The translations under genes were made by a program, and so were the position numbers. A DNA stretch of 63,915 nt, counting the filler, from Saprolegnia diclina VS20 (taxonomy: Eukaryota), in the NCBI RefSeq assembly GCF_000281045.1. It is 5 parts of 3 records of this genome, joined end to end, with 100 filler letters (N's around TTAATTAATTAA, not from the genome) between each part and the next. Parts side by side here need not be neighbours in the genome. Positions count along the whole stretch, not along the records: positions 45,689 to 61,503 come from NW_008246226.1; positions 61,604 to 63,915 come from NW_008246231.1; 3 more parts are not named here. One strand, 5' to 3'. Positions 61,205-63,915 of this stretch are shown here, one piece after another. How positions within the stretch are numbered: the stretch's first letter is position 1; each line of letters starts with the position of its first letter. The notes below the pieces were generated by a model. That model had not been told where the DNA came from, made no database searches, and worked only from the letters and a program-made list of their open reading frames with translations.

Positions 61205-61961
61205 CGCGGATGTGCCAGTTTTGAGTTTGGAAACCGTTTTCGTGTGTTAAAGTTGGGCACAGAAGTTGAAGGCAACGCCTACATGTATTGGTCAGGTTGC
61301 GGCGAGTAGAGCGGCTTGTACCATCGCATTCGACGGGGCTCATAATCTCTCACCTTCGCATTGGTTCCGTTCTGGCTTGCTCGTTTGTCTCCTCGCCTTC
61401 CTCCTTTTTTCGTTCCGCTGCTCCGTGCCTCGCTGCCCCAAGTTCAGAAATCAAGCTTATGCTCTGGGTGGAGATGCTCTTGGCTGTCCTCCAAACATCG
61501 CCTNNNNNNNNNNNNNNNNNNNNNNNNNNNNNNNNNNNNNNNNNNNNTTAATTAATTAANNNNNNNNNNNNNNNNNNNNNNNNNNNNNNNNNNNNNNNNN
61601 NNNGAGAAAAATAGCGAGGCGTCAATGCCTTTGAGGCCGCGCTGGTCCATCCGATCGTGGTGCGTGGCCTTTGCAAAGCGAGCCTCCTTGTCACGGAGCA
61701 AGTTGGCCGCAATGGCCGCCGTCGGGGCGTTGCACCCCCACGTCAGCAAACATATACTTTGACAAAGTCGCCACGGTCTGCTCGGCGACCATCGACCGAG
61801 ACCGACTTGCCTGGAGCTGGCGCATGCACAGAGTAGTATTTTGAGCTGTTGTTTCACCTTGTACAAAGATGGGCTAGAACTCCTCAGCGTCGACCAAAGT
61901 ACATTAGATTACTATTTTCATTCCGACATTCTCGTCCATATGCATACTAGGCCATAGACAC

Positions 61962-63327
61962 CTACTTGGTGCTATGCTGCAAAACGAGAGGCGTCTCAAT
62001 GTACGCTTCATGCATCGAGTTGGCGACGGTCGTCAATATCTCGGCGGCCAACGCGACACGATCGTCGTTTGGCTCGCGGTCGCAGAGCCCGAGGAGCGAC
62101 TGGAGAAACAAGGTTTCATCGCGAAGGCGAGGCAGGGCGTCTCTCACGGGCCGCGGGCCTTGAATGCACGTGACAGAGTTGCCGTTGACGACGTAGCCTC
62201 GAAAGTCAAAGGCCTCGATCATGTCCCGCCACGCACAGCGGAAGATCTGGCTGATTCGATTGAAGTCGAGGTACAAAAACGCGTCATAGTCGCTCTGGAG
62301 CACATCGATAATGTCAAAGGACCGGACGAGGCACGTATTCGCATCGTAGGCAGGCGCCGTCATGTGCGTCACGTAGCGATAGGCTTTGCTGACGGCATCG
62401 GGCTCGGTCAAGAGCATCTTGCGCATGCACTCCTGGACGCGGTACGCCATCTTTTTAGCCACGCTGCGGTGGTCCATGCGATCCCGCAGTGCAGCCTTGG
62501 CCTTGTAGTCTTGCAAGTCACTCCCGAGGTTGGCCCCGAGGGCGGCCGACGTCTTTGTGTCATAGCCCCACGCGAGCAAATACGATCTCACAAAGCTGCC
62601 GCGGGCCGTCGGACGGCCACCAACCCACACCGACTTGCCGCGCTCAAACATGGTCGCCAAGTTGTCAAGGTCTGAGTTCGGTGGGATCTTGTCGAGGACT
62701 CGGAGCGCGTTGTAAAAATGGAGTACAAACCGCGCTTGACCAATGTTGTCGATCGTCGTCAAGCCCAAGGACAAGCCGACCTCCATCGTGATCGTAAGAA
62801 GAATTTGGCCGGCCATGTACGGGTTGAACCACGCGCGGTCGACCTCCATTTGGCTGATCGCTGTAGTGGCTCTCGTGGCGTGGCGGAGAAGGACGAACCA
62901 GTCGAGGACCCTCTCAATGTTCTTTTGGGACGGCGGCGGGATGAGGATGCCGTCTTCGTTGTCCCGGCACGCCGTCACGTGGCGCGTCGCACGAGCANNN
63001 NNNNNNNNNNNNNNNNNNNNNNNNNNNNNNNNNNNNNNNNNNNNNNNNNNNNNNNNNNNNNNNNNNNNNNNNNNNNNNNNNNNNNNNNNNNNNNNNNATG
63101 ACCTCGCGCGCCTGGGCCCTCCCGAGCGGCCAGCCAAGCCACTCGTCCATCGCGCTCACGCGCAGTAGCGGCTCGACGTGGTGCGGCAGCTCAAACGTGT
63201 GCCATGGCCGCGGTGCAAAGGCGGCGGCGTCGCGGAGGCTCTTAATCGCTTCCTCGTAGGGCTCCTTGCCGCTCGGCGCTCGGCGGAGCGGCGTGGTTCC
63301 TCGCTGCGTCTTGCGTTGGCGGCCCAT
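61962..63327 (-). CDS. Hypothetical protein interrupted by a gap; resembles the C-terminal region of DUF6604-associated proteins
   Basis: Long ORF with FNPYMAGQ...GL...DNIGQARFVLHFYNAL. The putative N-terminus MGRQRK lies across a 100-N gap, so the join is unproven. Confidence 0.5.
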
Positions 63328-63915
63328 CGCTCGATCTGCTGGCGTCGGTCTTGCCAAGTGGCTGGCAAAGTTTGTCGTGATTGGGCATTTAACCGGACGA
63401 GGTGCGGAGTGTTTTAAACAATGCGTGGAATCGTGTGTATGAAACACCCGTATTACGTGGCACGCTGCGCTGCACGTCTTAGCGCAAGGCCTCGGACTGC
63501 CATTTTGTTTCTTCGGTTTGAGTTGCACCAAGGAAAACTCGAGCGTTAAACAGTGTATGAACGTTATCTTCATTGCATCAGAGTGAAATCATGGTTTCCC
63601 AAACGCTCCTCGCGCTCTGCGACTGCAAACCCGCCGACCATCGCCTAGTCCAAATTGCCAAAGTGTTGACGCACGTCGCGGACCGCATGCACGAGATGCA
63701 CTGCCTCGCGTAGACAGTCGTAGCACTGTCGCTCCATGGTTTTTGCGGTCGTCAACCATAGATCAAGGGACACGTGAGGAGCATCGATACAGCTACCATA
63801 TCGTGCGCGCCGGTCTCGTTGCGCTCGACCAAACCAAGGTGCAAGAAGGGCAGACGTGGCCGGAGGGGCTTCCTCTCGAGCCAAAAACGAATGACTTTAA
63901 AGTTGAAGTGTAACG

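Overview
Eukaryotic draft-assembly window from an oomycete, most likely Saprolegniales (Saprolegnia-like). Evidence: GC-rich exons, many ~45-65 nt GT-AG introns, oomycete Inr/FPR core promoters and Saprolegnia-type gene families; the taxon call is an inference. Bases 1-18.3 kb are gene-dense housekeeping sequence: a MITE, two divergent MDR oxidoreductase paralogs flanking a TEDC2-like gene and histone H2B, LUC7, a kinesin-4, an FBT transporter, TMEM223-like, a VTT/TVP38 protein and methylmalonyl-CoA mutase. From 18.3-39 kb the sequence is gappy and repeat-rich, with a LENG9-like MJ1316+2H gene, an LRR gene, a fungal/bacterial-looking AsnB-type amidotransferase, a Zn-ribbon pseudokinase-C2 gene, a tetraspanin-like gene and an RWP-RK factor. 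From 39.5-61.2 kb lie the two most interesting blocks. The first is a birth-and-death cluster of coiled-coil/pseudokinase/C2 genes (full-length copies putatively myristoylated), each followed by a 13-bp palindrome TATCAA[G/C]TTGATA. The second is a six-gene array of uncharacterised multi-pass membrane proteins with shared intron positions and an invariant C-terminal WCL. All family assignments are by motif recognition only; no searches were run.
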